Shown here: positions 9,364 to 21,509 of the stretch, in pieces | Numbering within the stretch: position 1 is the stretch's first letter | How the letters are laid out: each line of letters begins with the position of its first letter | DNA from: Mycobacterium tuberculosis H37Rv | Lineage (GTDB): Bacteria; Actinomycetota; Actinomycetes; Mycobacteriales; Mycobacteriaceae | Reading direction: 5' to 3' | NCBI RefSeq assembly: GCF_000195955.2 | Contig: NC_000962.3 | Coordinates: 330,001 to 362,000 of the forward strand | Length of the DNA stretch: 32,000 bases | Made by a program: the position numbers and the translations under genes | Notes under the pieces: generated by a model | Database searches by the model: none | What the model was told of the DNA's origin: nothing | What the model saw: the letters and a program-made list of their open reading frames with translations, nothing else

Positions 9364-10974
9364 ATGACGCTGTGGATGGCCTCGCCGCCCGAGGTGCATT
9401 CGGCGTTGCTCAGCAGCGGGCCGGGGCCGGGCTCGGTGTTGTCGGCGGCCGGGGTGTGGTCGTCGCTGAGCGCCGAATACGCCGCGGTCGCCGACGAGCT
9501 CATAGGGCTGCTGGGCGCCGTGCAGACCGGCGCTTGGCAGGGGCCCAGCGCCGCGGCTTATGTGGCCGCCCACGCGCCGTACCTCGCGTGGTTAATGCGG
9601 GCCAGCGAAACCAGCGCGGAAGCGGCCGCCCGGCACGAGACCGTGGCCGCGGCCTACACGACCGCGGTGGCGGCCATGCCGACGTTGGTCGAGCTGGCCG
9701 CCAACCACACGCTTCACGGGGTCTTGGTGGCGACGAACTTCTTCGGCATCAACACCATCCCGATCGCGCTCAACGAGGCCGACTACGCGCGGATGTGGAC
9801 GCAGGCCGCCAGCACGATGGCGACCTATCAAGCGGTCGCCGAGGCCGCGGTGGCGTCGGCACCGCAGACCACCCCGGCGCCGCCGATCTTGGCAGCCGAA
9901 GCGGCCGACGATGACCACGATCATGACCACGATCACGGGGGCGAACCGACCCCGCTGGACTATCTGGTCGCGGAGATATTGCGCATCATCAGCGGTGGGC
10001 GCCTGATCTGGGATCCCGCCGAGGGCACCATGAACGGAATCCCGTTCGAAGATTATACGGACGCAGCCCAACCAATCTGGTGGGTTGTTCGTGCCATCGA
10101 ATTCAGTAAGGACTTTGAAACGTTTGTTCAGGAACTGTTTGTCAATCCGGTGGAGGCATTTCAGTTCTACTTTGAGCTTCTATTGTTCGACTACCCGACC
10201 CACATTGTGCAGATTGTTGAGGCGTTGAGCCAGTCCCCGCAGTTGCTGGCGGTCGCACTCGGTTCCGTCATCTCCAACTTGGGTGCGGTGACCGGGTTCG
10301 CCGGGCTATCCGGCTTGGCCGGCATGCAGCCGGCGGCTATCCCGGCGCTAGCACCCGTCGCGGCGGCCCCGTCGACATTGCCGGCGGTCGCGATGGCCCC
10401 GACCATGGCCGCGCCGGGCGCGGCGGTTGCGTCGGCAGCCGCGCCGGCGTCCGCGCCGGCGGCCAGCACGGTGGCCAGCGCCACGCCGGCACCGCCGCCG
10501 GCACCCGGCGCCGCCGGGTTCGGCTATCCCTACGCCATCGCTCCGCCCGGCATCGGGTTCGGCTCGGGGATGAGCGCCAGCGCCAGCGCTCAACGCAAGG
10601 CACCACAGCCCGATAGTGCGGCGGCGGCGGCGGCCGCGGCGGCCGTACGTGACCAAGCGCGGGCGCGGCGGCGGCGCCGTGTCACGCGGCGCGGATACGG
10701 CGACGAGTTTATGGATATGAACATCGACGTCGATCCGGACTGGGGCCCTCCGCCCGGCGAAGACCCAGTCACATCCACGGTGGCCTCGGATCGGGGTGCC
10801 GGACATCTGGGCTTTGCCGGGACGGCCCGCAGGGAGGCGGTTGCCGACGCGGCCGGGATGACCACGCTGGCTGGCGATGATTTCGGCGACGGGCCAACGA
10901 CGCCAATGGTGCCGGGTTCGTGGGATCCGGACCGGGATGCGCCTGGCTCGGCGGAGCCTGGAGATCGGGGCTGA
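9364..10974 (+). CDS. PPE3: PPE family protein PPE3, 536 aa, PPE-PPW-like C-terminus
   Basis: [40 protein letters not shown]..., plus 'LGFAGT' and 'PMVPGSW' motifs near the C-terminus. Confidence 0.92.
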   Translation: MTLWMASPPEVHSALLSSGPGPGSVLSAAGVWSSLSAEYAAVADELIGLLGAVQTGAWQGPSAAAYVAAHAPYLAWLMRASETSAEAAARHETVAAAYTTAVAAMPTLVELAANHTLHGVLVATNFFGINTIPIALNEADYARMWTQAASTMATYQAVAEAAVASAPQTTPAPPILAAEAADDDHDHDHDHGGEPTPLDYLVAEILRIISGGRLIWDPAEGTMNGIPFEDYTDAAQPIWWVVRAIEFSKDFETFVQELFVNPVEAFQFYFELLLFDYPTHIVQIVEALSQSPQLLAVALGSVISNLGAVTGFAGLSGLAGMQPAAIPALAPVAAAPSTLPAVAMAPTMAAPGAAVASAAAPASAPAASTVASATPAPPPAPGAAGFGYPYAIAPPGIGFGSGMSASASAQRKAPQPDSAAAAAAAAAVRDQARARRRRRVTRRGYGDEFMDMNIDVDPDWGPPPGEDPVTSTVASDRGAGHLGFAGTARREAVADAAGMTTLAGDDFGDGPTTPMVPGSWDPDRDAPGSAEPGDRG

Positions 10975-10997
10975 GCTAGCCGCGTAGGGTCGATTGG

Positions 10998-11906
10998 GTG
11001 CGTACCGAAGGTGATAGCTGGGACATCACAACGAGTGTCGGTTCGACCGCGCTGTTTGTCGCGACGGCGCGAGCGCTGGAAGCCCAGAAGTCCGACCCGC
11101 TGGTCGTCGACCCATATGCGGAGGCGTTCTGCCGTGCCGTCGGCGGTTCGTGGGCCGATGTGCTCGACGGCAAGCTTCCCGACCACAAGTTGAAGAGCAC
11201 CGATTTCGGCGAGCACTTCGTCAACTTCCAGGGTGCCCGCACCAAGTATTTCGACGAGTATTTCCGTCGGGCCGCCGCCGCCGGCGCGCGGCAGGTGGTC
11301 ATCCTGGCGGCGGGGCTGGACTCGCGCGCGTACCGGCTGCCTTGGCCCGACGGGACCACGGTTTTTGAGCTGGACCGCCCGCAGGTCCTTGATTTCAAGC
11401 GCGAGGTGCTCGCCAGCCACGGTGCCCAACCGCGCGCCCTGCGCCGCGAGATCGCCGTCGACCTGCGTGACGATTGGCCACAAGCCTTGCGGGACAGTGG
11501 TTTCGATGCGGCTGCACCGTCGGCATGGATTGCCGAAGGGCTGCTGATCTATCTCCCGGCCACCGCCCAGGAGCGGCTATTCACCGGCATCGATGCCCTG
11601 GCCGGGCGCCGAAGCCACGTCGCCGTCGAGGATGGTGCCCCAATGGGGCCAGACGAATATGCGGCTAAGGTCGAAGAGGAGCGCGCCGCGATCGCCGAGG
11701 GAGCCGAGGAGCACCCGTTTTTTCAACTGGTCTACAACGAGCGATGCGCGCCGGCCGCCGAGTGGTTCGGCGAGCGAGGTTGGACCGCGGTCGCTACGCT
11801 GTTGAACGACTACCTCGAAGCGGTGGGTCGCCCGGTACCCGGACCGGAATCCGAAGCCGGGCCGATGTTCGCCCGCAACACCCTGGTCAGTGCCGCCCGC
11901 GTCTGA
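10998..11906 (+). CDS. Class I SAM-dependent methyltransferase, 302 aa (Rv0281-like)
   Basis: GTG start; '[44 protein letters not shown]' and '[39 protein letters not shown]' are hallmarks of the mycobacterial TIGR00027-type family. Confidence 0.9.
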   Translation: MRTEGDSWDITTSVGSTALFVATARALEAQKSDPLVVDPYAEAFCRAVGGSWADVLDGKLPDHKLKSTDFGEHFVNFQGARTKYFDEYFRRAAAAGARQVVILAAGLDSRAYRLPWPDGTTVFELDRPQVLDFKREVLASHGAQPRALRREIAVDLRDDWPQALRDSGFDAAAPSAWIAEGLLIYLPATAQERLFTGIDALAGRRSHVAVEDGAPMGPDEYAAKVEEERAAIAEGAEEHPFFQLVYNERCAPAAEWFGERGWTAVATLLNDYLEAVGRPVPGPESEAGPMFARNTLVSAARV

Positions 11907-11946
11907 CGGCGCACCGTTCGCGCTGCCGGCACCCCGGGCTCCATAA

Positions 11947-11961
11947 TGAAAATCATGTTCA
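11947..11961. promoter_or_regulatory. Candidate Zur box upstream of the ESX-3 operon
   Basis: TGAAAATCATGTTCA, identical to the PPE3 upstream element, about 170 bp before the eccA3 start. Confidence 0.72.
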
Positions 11962-12080
11962 GTAAGCTACACTCTGCATATCGGGCTACCAACGAAATGG
12001 AGTATCGGTCATGATCTTGCCAGCCGTGCCTAAAAGCTTGGCCGCAGGGCCGAGTCGATTGGTCGCGGTCGCCTCGACAG

Positions 12081-12099
12081 TTAGCTTATGCAATGCTAA
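12081..12099. promoter_or_regulatory. Candidate IdeR (iron) box upstream of eccA3
   Basis: TTAGCTTATGCAATGCTAA matches 14 of 19 positions of the IdeR consensus TTAGGTTAGGCTAACCTAA; flanked by perfect arms GTTAGC/GCTAAC (12080..12100). Confidence 0.7.
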
Positions 12100-12129
12100 C
12101 TTCGGGGCAAAGTTCAGGCGGATCGGCCG

Positions 12130-14025
12130 ATGGCGGGCGTAGGTGAAGGAGACAGCGGAGGCGTGGAGCGTGATGACATTGGCATGGTGGCCGCTTCCCC
12201 CGTCGCGTCTCGGGTAAATGGCAAGGTAGACGCTGACGTCGTCGGTCGATTTGCCACCTGCTGCCGTGCCCTGGGCATCGCGGTTTACCAGCGTAAACGT
12301 CCGCCGGACCTGGCTGCCGCCCGGTCTGGTTTCGCCGCGCTGACCCGCGTCGCCCATGACCAGTGCGACGCCTGGACCGGGCTGGCCGCTGCCGGCGACC
12401 AGTCCATCGGGGTGCTGGAAGCCGCCTCGCGCACGGCGACCACGGCTGGTGTGTTGCAGCGGCAGGTGGAACTGGCCGATAACGCCTTGGGCTTCCTGTA
12501 CGACACCGGGCTGTACCTGCGTTTTCGTGCCACCGGACCTGACGATTTCCACCTCGCGTATGCCGCTGCGTTGGCTTCGACGGGCGGGCCGGAGGAGTTT
12601 GCCAAGGCCAATCACGTGGTGTCCGGTATCACCGAGCGCCGCGCCGGCTGGCGTGCCGCCCGTTGGCTCGCCGTGGTCATCAACTACCGCGCCGAGCGCT
12701 GGTCGGATGTCGTGAAGCTGCTCACTCCGATGGTTAATGATCCCGACCTCGACGAGGCCTTTTCGCACGCGGCCAAGATCACCCTGGGCACCGCACTGGC
12801 CCGACTGGGCATGTTTGCCCCGGCGCTGTCTTATCTGGAGGAACCCGACGGTCCTGTCGCGGTCGCTGCTGTCGACGGTGCACTGGCCAAAGCGCTGGTG
12901 CTGCGCGCGCATGTGGATGAGGAGTCGGCCAGCGAAGTGCTGCAGGACTTGTATGCGGCTCACCCCGAAAACGAACAGGTCGAGCAGGCGCTGTCGGATA
13001 CCAGCTTCGGGATCGTCACCACCACAGCCGGGCGGATCGAGGCCCGCACCGATCCGTGGGATCCGGCGACCGAGCCCGGCGCGGAGGATTTCGTCGATCC
13101 CGCGGCCCACGAACGCAAGGCCGCGCTGCTGCACGAGGCCGAACTCCAACTCGCCGAGTTCATCGGCCTCGACGAGGTCAAACGCCAGGTGTCGCGGCTG
13201 AAGAGCTCAGTGGCCATGGAACTGGTCCGCAAGCAGCGTGGGCTCACGGTCGCCCAACGCACGCACCACTTGGTGTTTGCGGGACCGCCCGGGACCGGCA
13301 AGACCACCATTGCCCGGGTGGTCGCCAAGATCTATTGCGGCCTTGGCTTGTTGAAGCGGGAGAACATCCGCGAGGTCCATCGCGCCGACCTCATCGGCCA
13401 ACACATCGGCGAGACCGAGGCGAAAACCAACGCGATCATCGACAGCGCGCTGGACGGGGTGCTGTTCCTCGACGAGGCCTACGCCCTGGTGGCCACCGGC
13501 GCCAAGAACGACTTCGGGTTGGTGGCCATTGACACCTTGTTGGCCAGGATGGAAAACGACCGCGACCGGCTGGTGGTCATCATCGCCGGCTATCGCGCCG
13601 ACCTGGACAAATTCCTGGACACCAACGAGGGACTTCGGTCGCGTTTCACCCGCAACATCGACTTTCCCTCCTACACGTCCCATGAGCTGGTGGAGATCGC
13701 GCACAAGATGGCCGAACAGCGAGACAGCGTCTTCGAACAGTCCGCGCTGCACGATTTGGAGGCGTTGTTCGCCAAGTTGGCGGCGGAGTCGACACCAGAT
13801 ACCAACGGAATCTCGCGACGTAGCCTCGACATCGCGGGCAATGGTCGGTTTGTGCGCAACATCGTCGAACGCTCCGAAGAAGAGCGTGAATTCCGGCTGG
13901 ACCATTCCGAACATGCCGGATCCGGTGAGTTCAGCGACGAGGAGCTGATGACCATCACGGCCGACGACGTGGGTAGATCGGTAGAGCCGCTATTGCGTGG
14001 CCTCGGGCTCTCGGTGCGGGCATGA
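12130..14025 (+). CDS. eccA3: ESX-3 type VII secretion system AAA+ ATPase EccA3, 631 aa
   Basis: Walker A 'FAGPPGTGKTTIARVVAKIY', Walker B 'LDGVLFLDEAYAL', N-terminal TPR-like region; gene order. Confidence 0.96.
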   Translation: MAGVGEGDSGGVERDDIGMVAASPVASRVNGKVDADVVGRFATCCRALGIAVYQRKRPPDLAAARSGFAALTRVAHDQCDAWTGLAAAGDQSIGVLEAASRTATTAGVLQRQVELADNALGFLYDTGLYLRFRATGPDDFHLAYAAALASTGGPEEFAKANHVVSGITERRAGWRAARWLAVVINYRAERWSDVVKLLTPMVNDPDLDEAFSHAAKITLGTALARLGMFAPALSYLEEPDGPVAVAAVDGALAKALVLRAHVDEESASEVLQDLYAAHPENEQVEQALSDTSFGIVTTTAGRIEARTDPWDPATEPGAEDFVDPAAHERKAALLHEAELQLAEFIGLDEVKRQVSRLKSSVAMELVRKQRGLTVAQRTHHLVFAGPPGTGKTTIARVVAKIYCGLGLLKRENIREVHRADLIGQHIGETEAKTNAIIDSALDGVLFLDEAYALVATGAKNDFGLVAIDTLLARMENDRDRLVVIIAGYRADLDKFLDTNEGLRSRFTRNIDFPSYTSHELVEIAHKMAEQRDSVFEQSALHDLEALFAKLAAESTPDTNGISRRSLDIAGNGRFVRNIVERSEEEREFRLDHSEHAGSGEFSDEELMTITADDVGRSVEPLLRGLGLSVRA

Positions 14026-15638
14026 CGAACCAGCAGCACGACCACGACTTCGACCACGACCGTCGCTCGTTCGCCTCCCGAACCCCGGTCAACAACAACC
14101 CCGACAAGGTTGTCTACCGCCGCGGCTTCGTCACCCGCCATCAGGTGACGGGCTGGCGGTTCGTGATGCGCCGAATCGCCGCCGGAATCGCATTGCACGA
14201 CACCCGCATGCTGGTCGACCCGTTGCGCACTCAGTCACGCGCGGTGCTGATGGGTGTGCTGATTGTGATCACGGGGTTGATCGGCTCCTTCGTATTCTCG
14301 TTGATTCGGCCCAATGGGCAGGCGGGTAGCAACGCGGTGCTTGCCGACCGGTCCACCGCGGCGCTGTATGTGCGGGTGGGCGAGCAGCTGCACCCGGTGC
14401 TCAACCTGACCTCGGCCCGGCTGATCGTCGGCCGGCCGGTGAGCCCGACGACGGTGAAAAGTACTGAGTTGGACCAGTTTCCGCGCGGAAACCTGATCGG
14501 CATCCCGGGTGCGCCGGAGCGGATGGTGCAGAACACCTCCACCGACGCGAACTGGACGGTGTGTGACGGCCTCAACGCACCGTCGCGGGGCGGTGCGGAT
14601 GGCGTGGGTGTGACGGTGATTGCCGGCCCGCTGGAGGACACCGGCGCACGCGCGGCCGCGCTCGGGCCCGGGCAGGCGGTGCTGGTCGACAGCGGCGCCG
14701 GCACCTGGCTGTTGTGGGACGGCAAGCGCAGCCCGATTGATCTGGCCGATCATGCGGTCACCAGCGGCCTCGGCCTGGGCGCCGACGTGCCCGCGCCGCG
14801 GATCATCGCCTCGGGGCTGTTCAACGCGATACCCGAAGCACCGCCACTGACGGCGCCGATCATCCCGGATGCCGGCAACCCGGCGAGCTTCGGTGTGCCG
14901 GCGCCGATCGGCGCGGTGGTGAGTTCCTACGCCCTGAAAGACTCGGGCAAGACCATATCGGACACCGTGCAGTACTACGCGGTGCTGCCGGACGGTTTGC
15001 AGCAGATTTCGCCGGTATTGGCGGCAATCCTGCGCAACAACAACTCCTATGGTCTGCAGCAGCCGCCTCGGCTGGGGGCCGACGAGGTCGCCAAGCTGCC
15101 GGTGTCGCGGGTGTTGGACACCAGGCGCTATCCCAGCGAGCCGGTAAGTCTCGTCGACGTTACCCGTGACCCCGTCACCTGCGCGTACTGGAGCAAGCCG
15201 GTGGGTGCGGCCACCAGCTCGTTGACTCTGTTGGCAGGCTCGGCGCTGCCGGTGCCAGATGCGGTGCACACCGTCGAGCTGGTCGGCGCCGGCAACGGTG
15301 GTGTGGCAACCCGAGTGGCGTTAGCGGCCGGTACTGGCTACTTCACCCAGACGGTGGGCGGCGGCCCAGATGCGCCGGGCGCCGGGTCGTTGTTCTGGGT
15401 GTCGGATACCGGGGTGCGTTACGGTATCGACAATGAGCCTCAGGGAGTGGCTGGAGGCGGCAAAGCGGTTGAGGCCCTTGGCCTGAACCCGCCCCCGGTC
15501 CCCATCCCGTGGTCGGTGCTGTCGCTGTTTGTGCCCGGCCCGACGCTGTCGCGTGCCGACGCGCTGCTGGCACACGACACCTTGGTGCCCGACAGCAGGC
15601 CCGCTCGTCCGGTATCGGCCGAGGGAGGGTACCGGTGA
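14022..15638 (+). CDS. eccB3: ESX-3 core component EccB3, 538 aa
   Basis: '[46 protein letters not shown]' N-terminus followed by a single TM segment; ATGA overlap with eccA3. Confidence 0.96.
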   Translation: MTNQQHDHDFDHDRRSFASRTPVNNNPDKVVYRRGFVTRHQVTGWRFVMRRIAAGIALHDTRMLVDPLRTQSRAVLMGVLIVITGLIGSFVFSLIRPNGQAGSNAVLADRSTAALYVRVGEQLHPVLNLTSARLIVGRPVSPTTVKSTELDQFPRGNLIGIPGAPERMVQNTSTDANWTVCDGLNAPSRGGADGVGVTVIAGPLEDTGARAAALGPGQAVLVDSGAGTWLLWDGKRSPIDLADHAVTSGLGLGADVPAPRIIASGLFNAIPEAPPLTAPIIPDAGNPASFGVPAPIGAVVSSYALKDSGKTISDTVQYYAVLPDGLQQISPVLAAILRNNNSYGLQQPPRLGADEVAKLPVSRVLDTRRYPSEPVSLVDVTRDPVTCAYWSKPVGAATSSLTLLAGSALPVPDAVHTVELVGAGNGGVATRVALAAGTGYFTQTVGGGPDAPGAGSLFWVSDTGVRYGIDNEPQGVAGGGKAVEALGLNPPPVPIPWSVLSLFVPGPTLSRADALLAHDTLVPDSRPARPVSAEGGYR

Positions 15639-18600
15639 GCAGACTGATCTTTGAGGCTCGTCGCCGACTGGCGCCGCCGAGCAGCCACCAGGGCACCATC
15701 ATCATCGAGGCGCCTCCCGAGCTGCCTCGGGTGATCCCACCGTCACTGCTACGACGAGCGCTGCCTTATCTGATCGGGATCCTCATCGTGGGGATGATCG
15801 TGGCGCTGGTCGCCACCGGGATGCGGGTGATTTCTCCGCAGACGTTGTTCTTCCCATTTGTGCTGCTGTTGGCGGCCACCGCGCTCTACCGCGGCAACGA
15901 CAAGAAGATGCGCACCGAGGAGGTCGACGCCGAACGGGCCGACTACCTACGTTACCTATCGGTGGTGCGGGACAACATTCGGGCCCAGGCCGCCGAGCAG
16001 CGGGCCAGCGCGTTGTGGTCTCATCCTGACCCGACGGCGTTGGCGTCGGTGCCGGGGTCACGTCGCCAATGGGAGCGTGACCCGCACGACCCCGACTTTT
16101 TGGTGTTGCGGGCCGGCCGGCACACGGTACCGCTGGCTACTACGCTGCGAGTCAACGACACCGCCGACGAGATCGACCTGGAACCGGTGTCGCACAGTGC
16201 ATTACGCAGCCTGCTCGACACCCAGCGCAGCATTGGCGACGTGCCGACCGGGATCGACCTGACCAAGGTTTCGCCGATCACCGTGCTGGGGGAGCGCGCA
16301 CAGGTGCGCGCGGTGTTACGCGCCTGGATCGCTCAGGCGGTGACCTGGCACGACCCGACGGTGCTCGGGGTGGCGCTGGCCGCGCGTGATCTGGAGGGTC
16401 GCGATTGGAACTGGCTGAAGTGGTTACCGCACGTGGACATTCCCGGCCGCCTCGATGCGCTGGGCCCGGCCCGCAATCTGTCGACCGATCCCGACGAGCT
16501 CATCGCGCTGCTGGGGCCCGTCCTGGCAGACCGCCCGGCGTTTACCGGGCAGCCAACAGATGCGTTGCGGCACTTGCTGATCGTCGTCGATGACCCGGAC
16601 TACGACCTGGGCGCATCGCCGCTGGCGGTGGGCCGCGCGGGTGTCACCGTCGTGCACTGCTCGGCCAGTGCGCCGCACCGGGAACAGTATTCGGATCCGG
16701 AAAAGCCGATCCTGCGGGTGGCTCACGGCGCTATCGAACGCTGGCAGACAGGCGGCTGGCAGCCCTACATCGACGCCGCCGACCAATTCAGCGCTGATGA
16801 GGCCGCCCACCTGGCGCGCCGACTGTCGCGGTGGGACTCCAACCCCACCCATGCCGGGCTGCGCTCGGCGGCCACTCGCGGCGCGAGTTTCACCACACTG
16901 CTGGGCATCGAGGACGCATCCCGACTGGATGTGCCCGCGCTGTGGGCGCCGCGACGACGCGACGAGGAGTTACGCGTGCCGATCGGTGTCACTGGCACCG
17001 GCGAGCCGCTGATGTTCGACCTCAAAGACGAAGCCGAGGGCGGGATGGGCCCGCACGGGCTGATGATCGGCATGACCGGTTCGGGCAAGTCGCAGACTTT
17101 GATGTCGATTCTGTTGTCGCTGTTGACCACACACTCCGCGGAGCGGCTCATCGTCATCTACGCCGACTTCAAGGGTGAGGCCGGCGCCGACAGTTTCCGA
17201 GATTTCCCGCAGGTGGTTGCGGTGATCTCGAATATGGCCGAGAAGAAGTCGTTGGCTGATCGGTTCGCCGACACGCTGCGCGGCGAGGTGGCTCGTCGCG
17301 AGATGCTGCTGCGTGAGGCCGGCCGCAAGGTCCAGGGCAGCGCGTTCAACTCGGTGCTCGAGTATGAAAACGCCATCGCCGCAGGGCATAGCCTGCCGCC
17401 CATCCCGACACTGTTCGTGGTCGCCGACGAGTTCACCTTGATGCTGGCCGATCACCCGGAATACGCGGAGCTGTTCGACTATGTGGCCCGCAAGGGTCGC
17501 TCGTTTCGCATCCACATCCTATTCGCGTCCCAGACACTGGACGTGGGCAAGATCAAAGACATCGACAAGAACACCGCCTATCGGATTGGGCTGAAAGTGG
17601 CCAGCCCCAGCGTTTCTCGCCAGATCATCGGCGTGGAGGACGCCTACCACATCGAGTCGGGCAAAGAACACAAAGGCGTGGGCTTTTTGGTGCCCGCGCC
17701 CGGTGCCACCCCGATAAGGTTCCGCAGCACCTATGTCGACGGGATCTATGAACCGCCGCAGACGGCTAAAGCCGTTGTCGTGCAATCCGTTCCGGAGCCC
17801 AAGCTGTTCACCGCCGCCGCGGTGGAACCGGATCCGGGCACGGTGATCGCCGATACTGACGAACAAGAACCCGCCGACCCACCACGCAAACTGATCGCGA
17901 CCATCGGCGAACAACTGGCCCGCTACGGTCCGCGGGCGCCGCAGTTGTGGCTGCCGCCACTCGACGAAACGATCCCACTGAGCGCGGCGTTGGCCCGCGC
18001 CGGGGTGGGCCCCCGGCAGTGGCGCTGGCCGCTGGGGGAGATCGACAGGCCCTTCGAGATGCGGCGCGACCCGTTGGTGTTTGACGCTAGGTCGTCGGCC
18101 GGAAATATGGTGATCCACGGCGGCCCCAAGTCCGGCAAATCCACTGCGCTGCAGACATTCATCCTCTCAGCTGCTAGCCTGCACTCGCCGCACGAGGTTA
18201 GCTTCTATTGCCTGGACTACGGCGGTGGGCAGCTGCGGGCGCTACAGGATCTAGCGCACGTCGGCAGTGTCGCCTCAGCGCTGGAACCCGAACGCATCCG
18301 CCGCACCTTCGGCGAGCTCGAGCAACTGCTGTTGTCCCGGCAGCAGCGGGAAGTATTCCGTGACCGGGGTGCTAATGGCTCGACCCCCGACGACGGGTTC
18401 GGTGAGGTGTTCCTGGTCATCGACAATCTCTATGGCTTCGGCCGCGATAACACCGATCAGTTCAACACCCGTAATCCGTTGCTGGCCAGGGTAACCGAAC
18501 TGGTCAACGTGGGCCTTGCCTACGGGATCCACGTGATCATTACCACGCCGAGCTGGCTGGAAGTGCCGTTGGCGATGCGCGACGGGCTCGGGCTGCGTCT

Positions 18601-19627
18601 CGAGCTGCGACTGCACGACGCGCGCGACAGCAACGTGCGGGTGGTCGGCGCCCTGCGCCGCCCGGCCGACGCCGTCCCGCACGACCAGCCCGGCCGCGGA
18701 CTGACCATGGCCGCCGAGCACTTCCTGTTCGCGGCTCCAGAACTGGACGCGCAAACAAACCCGGTGGCCGCGATCAACGCCCGCTACCCCGGCATGGCGG
18801 CTCCCCCGGTTCGGTTGTTGCCCACCAACCTTGCGCCGCACGCCGTCGGCGAACTGTATCGGGGTCCCGACCAACTGGTGATTGGCCAGCGCGAAGAAGA
18901 CCTGGCGCCGGTGATACTCGACCTCGCCGCCAACCCGCTGCTGATGGTGTTCGGCGATGCCAGGTCAGGAAAGACGACGCTGCTGCGCCACATCATCCGC
19001 ACCGTCCGCGAGCACTCCACCGCCGACCGGGTCGCGTTCACCGTGCTGGACCGCCGGCTACACCTGGTCGACGAACCACTGTTCCCCGACAACGAGTACA
19101 CCGCCAACATCGATCGGATCATCCCGGCGATGCTCGGGCTGGCCAACCTCATCGAGGCGCGCCGGCCGCCGGCCGGGATGTCTGCGGCCGAGCTGTCCCG
19201 CTGGACCTTTGCCGGGCACACCCACTACCTGATCATCGACGACGTCGACCAGGTACCGGATTCGCCGGCGATGACCGGTCCCTACATCGGACAGCGGCCG
19301 TGGACCCCGCTGATCGGTCTCCTGGCCCAGGCCGGCGACTTGGGGCTACGGGTGATTGTCACCGGGCGTGCCACTGGATCGGCGCACCTGCTGATGACAA
19401 GTCCGTTGCTGCGCCGGTTCAACGACCTGCAGGCGACCACGCTGATGTTGGCAGGCAATCCGGCCGACAGCGGCAAGATTCGCGGTGAGCGGTTTGCCCG
19501 ATTGCCTGCTGGACGAGCAATTCTGTTGACCGACAGTGATAGTCCAACCTACGTGCAGTTGATCAACCCGCTGGTCGATGCGGCCGCGGTTTCTGGTGAA
19601 ACCCAACAGAAGGGGAGTCAGTCATGA
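15635..19627 (+). CDS. eccC3: ESX-3 FtsK/SpoIIIE-type ATPase EccC3, 1330 aa
   Basis: GTG start, (V)[14 protein letters not shown]; three nucleotide-binding motifs [18 protein letters not shown] and GDARSGKTT; two N-terminal TM segments. Confidence 0.96.
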   Translation: MSRLIFEARRRLAPPSSHQGTIIIEAPPELPRVIPPSLLRRALPYLIGILIVGMIVALVATGMRVISPQTLFFPFVLLLAATALYRGNDKKMRTEEVDAERADYLRYLSVVRDNIRAQAAEQRASALWSHPDPTALASVPGSRRQWERDPHDPDFLVLRAGRHTVPLATTLRVNDTADEIDLEPVSHSALRSLLDTQRSIGDVPTGIDLTKVSPITVLGERAQVRAVLRAWIAQAVTWHDPTVLGVALAARDLEGRDWNWLKWLPHVDIPGRLDALGPARNLSTDPDELIALLGPVLADRPAFTGQPTDALRHLLIVVDDPDYDLGASPLAVGRAGVTVVHCSASAPHREQYSDPEKPILRVAHGAIERWQTGGWQPYIDAADQFSADEAAHLARRLSRWDSNPTHAGLRSAATRGASFTTLLGIEDASRLDVPALWAPRRRDEELRVPIGVTGTGEPLMFDLKDEAEGGMGPHGLMIGMTGSGKSQTLMSILLSLLTTHSAERLIVIYADFKGEAGADSFRDFPQVVAVISNMAEKKSLADRFADTLRGEVARREMLLREAGRKVQGSAFNSVLEYENAIAAGHSLPPIPTLFVVADEFTLMLADHPEYAELFDYVARKGRSFRIHILFASQTLDVGKIKDIDKNTAYRIGLKVASPSVSRQIIGVEDAYHIESGKEHKGVGFLVPAPGATPIRFRSTYVDGIYEPPQTAKAVVVQSVPEPKLFTAAAVEPDPGTVIADTDEQEPADPPRKLIATIGEQLARYGPRAPQLWLPPLDETIPLSAALARAGVGPRQWRWPLGEIDRPFEMRRDPLVFDARSSAGNMVIHGGPKSGKSTALQTFILSAASLHSPHEVSFYCLDYGGGQLRALQDLAHVGSVASALEPERIRRTFGELEQLLLSRQQREVFRDRGANGSTPDDGFGEVFLVIDNLYGFGRDNTDQFNTRNPLLARVTELVNVGLAYGIHVIITTPSWLEVPLAMRDGLGLRLELRLHDARDSNVRVVGALRRPADAVPHDQPGRGLTMAAEHFLFAAPELDAQTNPVAAINARYPGMAAPPVRLLPTNLAPHAVGELYRGPDQLVIGQREEDLAPVILDLAANPLLMVFGDARSGKTTLLRHIIRTVREHSTADRVAFTVLDRRLHLVDEPLFPDNEYTANIDRIIPAMLGLANLIEARRPPAGMSAAELSRWTFAGHTHYLIIDDVDQVPDSPAMTGPYIGQRPWTPLIGLLAQAGDLGLRVIVTGRATGSAHLLMTSPLLRRFNDLQATTLMLAGNPADSGKIRGERFARLPAGRAILLTDSDSPTYVQLINPLVDAAAVSGETQQKGSQS

Positions 19628-19932
19628 CGTTGCGAGTGGTTCCGGAGGGGCTGGCCGCAGCCAGCGCTGCGGTGGAAGCGCTGACGGCGCGGTTGGCCGC
19701 CGCGCATGCGAGCGCAGCGCCGGTGATTACCGCGGTAGTGCCGCCGGCGGCGGATCCGGTGTCGCTGCAGACCGCGGCCGGGTTCAGTGCACAGGGCGTC
19801 GAGCACGCGGTCGTCACCGCCGAAGGTGTCGAAGAGCTGGGACGCGCCGGCGTTGGTGTGGGCGAATCCGGCGCCAGCTACCTGGCCGGTGATGCGGCCG
19901 CCGCCGCTACGTACGGGGTCGTGGGCGGCTGA
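19624..19932 (+). CDS. PE5: PE family protein PE5, 102 aa
   Basis: [58 protein letters not shown]..., C-terminal YLAGD (YxxxD) secretion motif. Confidence 0.95.
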
Positions 19933-19934
19933 GC

Positions 19935-21476
19935 ATGGCCGCGCCCATCTGGATGGCTTCGCCGCCGGAGGTACATTCGGCGTTGCTTAGCAATGGTCCG
20001 GGCCCGGGTTCGCTAGTGGCGGCTGCCACGGCCTGGAGCCAGCTGAGTGCCGAGTATGCCTCGACGGCAGCAGAACTCAGTGGGCTACTGGGGGCGGTAC
20101 CTGGTTGGGCATGGCAGGGGCCCAGCGCGGAGTGGTACGTGGCCGCGCATTTGCCATATGTGGCGTGGCTGACGCAGGCCAGTGCGGATGCCGCAGGAGC
20201 AGCGGCCCAGCACGAGGCCGCCGCGGCGGCCTACACCACTGCCTTGGCAGCCATGCCGACATTAGCGGAGTTGGCCGCCAACCACGTGATTCACACCGTG
20301 TTGGTGGCGACGAATTTCTTTGGGATCAACACGATTCCCATCACGCTCAATGAGGCCGATTACGTGCGCATGTGGTTGCAGGCGGCCGCCGTCATGGGTC
20401 TTTATCAGGCGGCTTCGGGTGCGGCACTGGCTTCGGCGCCGCGCACCGTCCCGGCGCCGACGGTTATGAATCCAGGTGGCGGTGCGGCGAGCACTGTCGG
20501 GGCGGTCAACCCCTGGCAGTGGCTCTTAGCGTTGCTTCAACAGCTCTGGAACGCCTACACGGGTTTCTACGGGTGGATGTTGCAGCTCATCTGGCAGTTC
20601 CTGCAGGATCCCATTGGTAACTCGATCAAGATCATCATCGCCTTCCTCACGAATCCCATTCAGGCACTGATCACTTACGGGCCGCTGTTGTTCGCGCTGG
20701 GCTACCAGATTTTCTTCAACCTGGTCGGCTGGCCGACCTGGGGCATGATCTTGAGCTCGCCGTTCTTGTTGCCGGCCGGGCTCGGGCTGGGCTTGGCAGC
20801 AATAGCCTTTCTACCTATTGTGCTTGCGCCCGCGGTGATTCCGCCGGCGAGTACTCCGCTGGCTGCTGCCGCCGTCGCCGCCGGGTCGGTGTGGCCGGCG
20901 GTCAGCATGGCCGTAACGGGGGCGGGCACCGCTGGGGCTGCGACGCCCGCGGCGGGCGCGGCTCCGTCTGCGGGCGCAGCGCCGGCCCCGGCAGCTCCCG
21001 CGACCGCCAGTTTCGCCTATGCGGTGGGTGGCAGCGGTGATTGGGGGCCGAGCTTGGGGCCGACGGTAGGTGGTCGCGGTGGTATCAAGGCGCCGGCCGC
21101 TACGGTTCCGGCGGCGGCCGCGGCGGCGGCAACTCGTGGGCAGTCGCGCGCGCGGCGGCGCCGGCGGTCTGAATTGCGGGACTACGGCGACGAGTTCTTG
21201 GACATGGATTCCGATAGCGGTTTCGGCCCCTCGACGGGCGACCACGGCGCGCAGGCCTCCGAACGGGGGGCCGGGACGCTGGGATTCGCCGGGACCGCAA
21301 CCAAAGAACGCCGGGTCCGGGCGGTCGGGCTGACCGCACTGGCCGGTGATGAGTTCGGCAACGGCCCCCGGATGCCGATGGTGCCGGGGACCTGGGAGCA
21401 GGGCAGCAACGAGCCCGAGGCGCCCGACGGATCGGGGAGAGGGGGAGGCGACGGCTTACCGCACGACAGCAAGTAA
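19935..21476 (+). CDS. PPE4: PPE family protein PPE4, 513 aa, PPE-PPW-like C-terminus
   Basis: [48 protein letters not shown]..., 'LGFAGT' and 'PMVPGTW' motifs. Confidence 0.95.
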
Positions 21477-21495
21477 CCGAATTCCGAATCACGTG

Positions 21496-21509
21496 GACCC
21501 GTACGGGTC
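21496..21509. promoter_or_regulatory. Perfect palindrome GACCCGTACGGGTC just before the esxG ribosome-binding site (operator or small stem-loop)
   Basis: 14-bp self-complementary sequence followed by AAAGGAGAGA and the esxG ATG at 21525. Confidence 0.5.

Noticed and set aside
11986-13149. 387-aa - strand ORF antisense to eccA3
   Set aside because: eccA3 is unambiguous on the + strand; shadow ORF in high-GC DNA.
13207-13914. 235-aa - strand ORF antisense to eccA3
   Set aside because: Shadow ORF with no family signature, opposite a conserved AAA+ domain.
14235-15269. 344-aa - strand ORF antisense to eccB3
   Set aside because: Shadow ORF with no recognisable domain.
15509-15634. 42-aa N-terminal extension of the EccC3 ORF
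   Set aside because: Lies inside eccB3; the GTG at 15635 gives the expected (V)[10 protein letters not shown] start.
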